From Oikopleura dioica (Eukaryota > Animalia > Chordata), in assembly GCA_907165135.1 (NCBI GenBank), contig OU015566.1, positions 14,198,001-14,262,000 of the forward strand: a stretch of DNA of 64,000 nt, in the 5' to 3' direction. This document shows positions 61,746-64,000 of this stretch, one piece after another (within the stretch, counting starts at the first letter, position 1; every line of letters starts with the position of its first letter). The notes under the pieces were generated by a model that had not been told where the DNA came from, did not search any database, and saw only the letters and a list, made by a program, of their open reading frames with translations. A program made the position numbers and the translations under genes.

Positions 61746-63614
61746 ATGAATTTTCACTTGGAAGATGATTTTTACGAGTCTCGGGAGAAGGTCAACTCAA
61801 AGGTACAAAACGAACGCCGGAAAGATCATAGGCTTTGACGGATCTTTTCTTCTTAGAGACAATACCAACCAATATATCAGGGGACTGGTCTAACCACTAT
61901 CAAGAAGTGAAAGCCCAGATTTACCTTACTAAACAGTTAGTTATTTACTTCCAAAAAATTGGCTCAAGATGGTCGATTTTCCATGAATTACCGACTATTT
62001 TTTGCATCACACTATTCAGAGCTGAAGCGTTTAGGACAATTTTCGGGCTGTTTTTGGTTAAAAAAAATAATTAATAATTTATTAAATAAATAATTTATCG
62101 TAGAAAAAAGCTAGTTGAAGAGTGTTTGCACGAGCCTCACCTTATTTCCTAGAATACCGGTAGTCGCTTCATTACCTTTGACCCTCGCGGTATCATAAAA
62201 CCTAAATCAGATGTTATTATTATGAATCGTCTCTATTTCCTAAATCGTAAATCATCATAAACCGTGAACAAGCCCAAAAATGTCCTGAGTTCGTATGAAT
62301 CATGCTCGTTTGATTTCTGGCGCTGCTCGGAGCAGTGCCGCCCACGCCCGAATGAATCGCCAATTCATCCAAAGAAGCCACTCCGACGAGTAATTTTTCC
62401 TGTTTTTGCCCTTTTTTCTTCTGTCTGGGATCGAAGCCGTCTGAAAAAAAAGAAACAAGGAAAAAGAGAGATAAAGAAGCCGAAAACTTGCCGGAAAAGA
62501 ACTAAAACTTGGGAATCTTTGGAATTCAAACTTCGGAGAAATTGGGAGAAAAAGAAGGAATTAATGCAGGCCCCAGTTCAGAAGAAAGTTTTTACGTAAG
62601 TTCAATGATCAATTAATTTAACCGTTGAATAGTTTGATGATTTCAAAAAAAATTTCGCGGGCCTGGAAATCGTCAAAAAACTTCTTGTCTAGTTTTGAAG
62701 AGCTCGTCGAGACGAGTCGAATGATATATAAAACTCCAGATAGTTTTAAGATTTTCCGCCAAAAAAAGTGATAAGAAGGTGTCTTATCAAAAATTTTCTG
62801 ACCGGCGCCGTTTTTGTTCTAGAAAAGCTGAGGTGATGCTTGACCCCGGAAAATGATCCTCATGAGCTGTTCTATTCCGGCAAAAAATTTCAGCTCGTCA
62901 TCATTTACCCAGCCGAGTTTATCGTTAAATTTCATTTTCCAAAGAAAATGGGACTGTAAATGGGCCGGAAACTAGGAACGTGCAGCGACAACAAAATGCA
63001 CTATTTTTTGATTTTTCGCTGATAAGCACAGCAGGATATGTGATGACGACCTGAAATTTTTTGCCGGAATAGACCAGACCATGAGGATCATTTTCCGGGG
63101 TCAAGCATCACCTCAGCTTTTCTAGAACAAAAACGGCGCCGGTCAGAAAATTTTTGATAAGACACCTTCTTATCACTTTTTTTGGCGGAAAATCTTAAAA
63201 CTATCTGGAGTTTTATATATCATTCGACTCGTCTCGAAGAGCTCTTCAAAACTAGTCAAGAAGTTTTTTGACGATTTCCGAGCCCGCGAAATTTTTTTTA
63301 AAATCATCTTTCAATCCCTAGGTAGTATTTTTTTGATAAGCCCAATTCTAGTGAGCGGATAAAAGAAAAGCGCCCGCCCGGTTTCAACTTGGGAATTCGA
63401 ACGAACACGACTTCCGCGACGCTTTCTACGCCCGATTTGAAAAAAGCTCTCCAGGTCAGTCAAGTTCCAATTTCTTGCGTCCTTGTTTACGATACGGGCG
63501 GTCCTAATCATCCCTTTTCGCCATTTGTAGCGGTCAAATGTTGCCGCAGCCCTCGGGTTATCGCCTAGTCATCTTCCTAGTCATCTAGTGGCTTTAAATT
63601 ATCGAGGGAATTGA
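61746..63614 (+). CDS. Hypothetical multi-exon protein hosting the foldback MITE in an intron
   Basis: The GTAAGT donor at ~62597 joins in frame to exons at ~63349-63463 and ~63530-63614 via canonical sites. The 5' exons are uncertain. Confidence 0.35.
62636..63308. mobile_element. Foldback MITE with ~268-bp inverted arms
   Basis: 62636-62903 is a near-perfect reverse complement of 63041-63308, with a 137-bp spacer. TTT flanks both ends (possible 3-bp TSD). No ORF. Confidence 0.9.
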
Positions 63615-63823
63615 GGAATTGGTGGAAACGCGAGAGATCAAGTCCGTTATTAATTTCATATCTTTCTTTCGAGTGGCTCGAGTAATTATCAATTTGTATT
63701 GTAAGTGGGGTTGAGCAGGAAACAACTTTTTTTATCTGAATGGAGCTTACTATTGAGTCTTGACTCAACACGCGTTGTTTTTTCTTTGAAAATGAAAGCA
63801 ATCAATATTAACCCATTCGAGCA

Positions 63824-64000
63824 TGAAAGTCAAAAACAATCCCATTTTCTGTCTGGGCCTGGCAACCTGTGTAAAAAACCTGAGTCAGAGCTAAGATGAA
63901 AAGCAACGCGGCTTCTCCTTTTAGCTCTTTAGACCCTGACACAGTTTTTTTACACAGGTTGCCAGGCCCAGACCGAAAACGGGATTGTTTCTGGCATTCA
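63824..64000. mobile_element. Small foldback MITE (may extend past the window end)
   Basis: Arms of about 55 bp: ...AACAATCCCATTTTCTGTCTGGGCCTGGCAACCTGTGTAAAAAA and TTTTTTACACAGGTTGCCAGGCCCAGACCGAAAACGGGATTGTT... Confidence 0.8.

Overview
Eukaryotic, very compact, intron-rich genomic DNA. Most introns are about 40-50 nt, A-rich and GT-AG, and many genes have an AG acceptor just before the ATG with gaps of only 50-150 nt. This architecture best fits the appendicularian tunicate Oikopleura (inference, not a database result). Positions 1-~7310 are a compositionally distinct block, 4-6x enriched in GANTC. It carries orphan minus-strand spliced genes, one with a DEDD-exonuclease-like region flanked by Zn-finger-like motifs and one with a coiled coil plus a possible BEN-like end. 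A long minus-strand run follows (listed in transcription order): RANBP3-like, two divergent Smad2/3 paralogs, arfaptin, CPSF6, NELFA, CDK7, ZC3H13-like, RICTOR and UBE3A. UBE3A carries a 3.75-kb Kolobok-type DNA transposon in an intron (20-bp TIRs, TTAA TSD). The right part holds EIF3J, MRPS27 (hAT MITE in an intron), UFL1, CCDC142-like, a head-to-head duplicated GT31 glycosyltransferase pair, a Kir3-like channel, an EF-hand membrane protein and two foldback MITEs. It also holds a spliced, signal-peptide/GPI-anchored protein resembling the cyanobacterial TIGR03792 family, a candidate horizontal transfer. No rRNA, tRNA or CRISPR array was found. Gene identifications are by-eye motif comparisons, exon boundaries were assembled by hand, and multi-exon CDS coordinates are spans.
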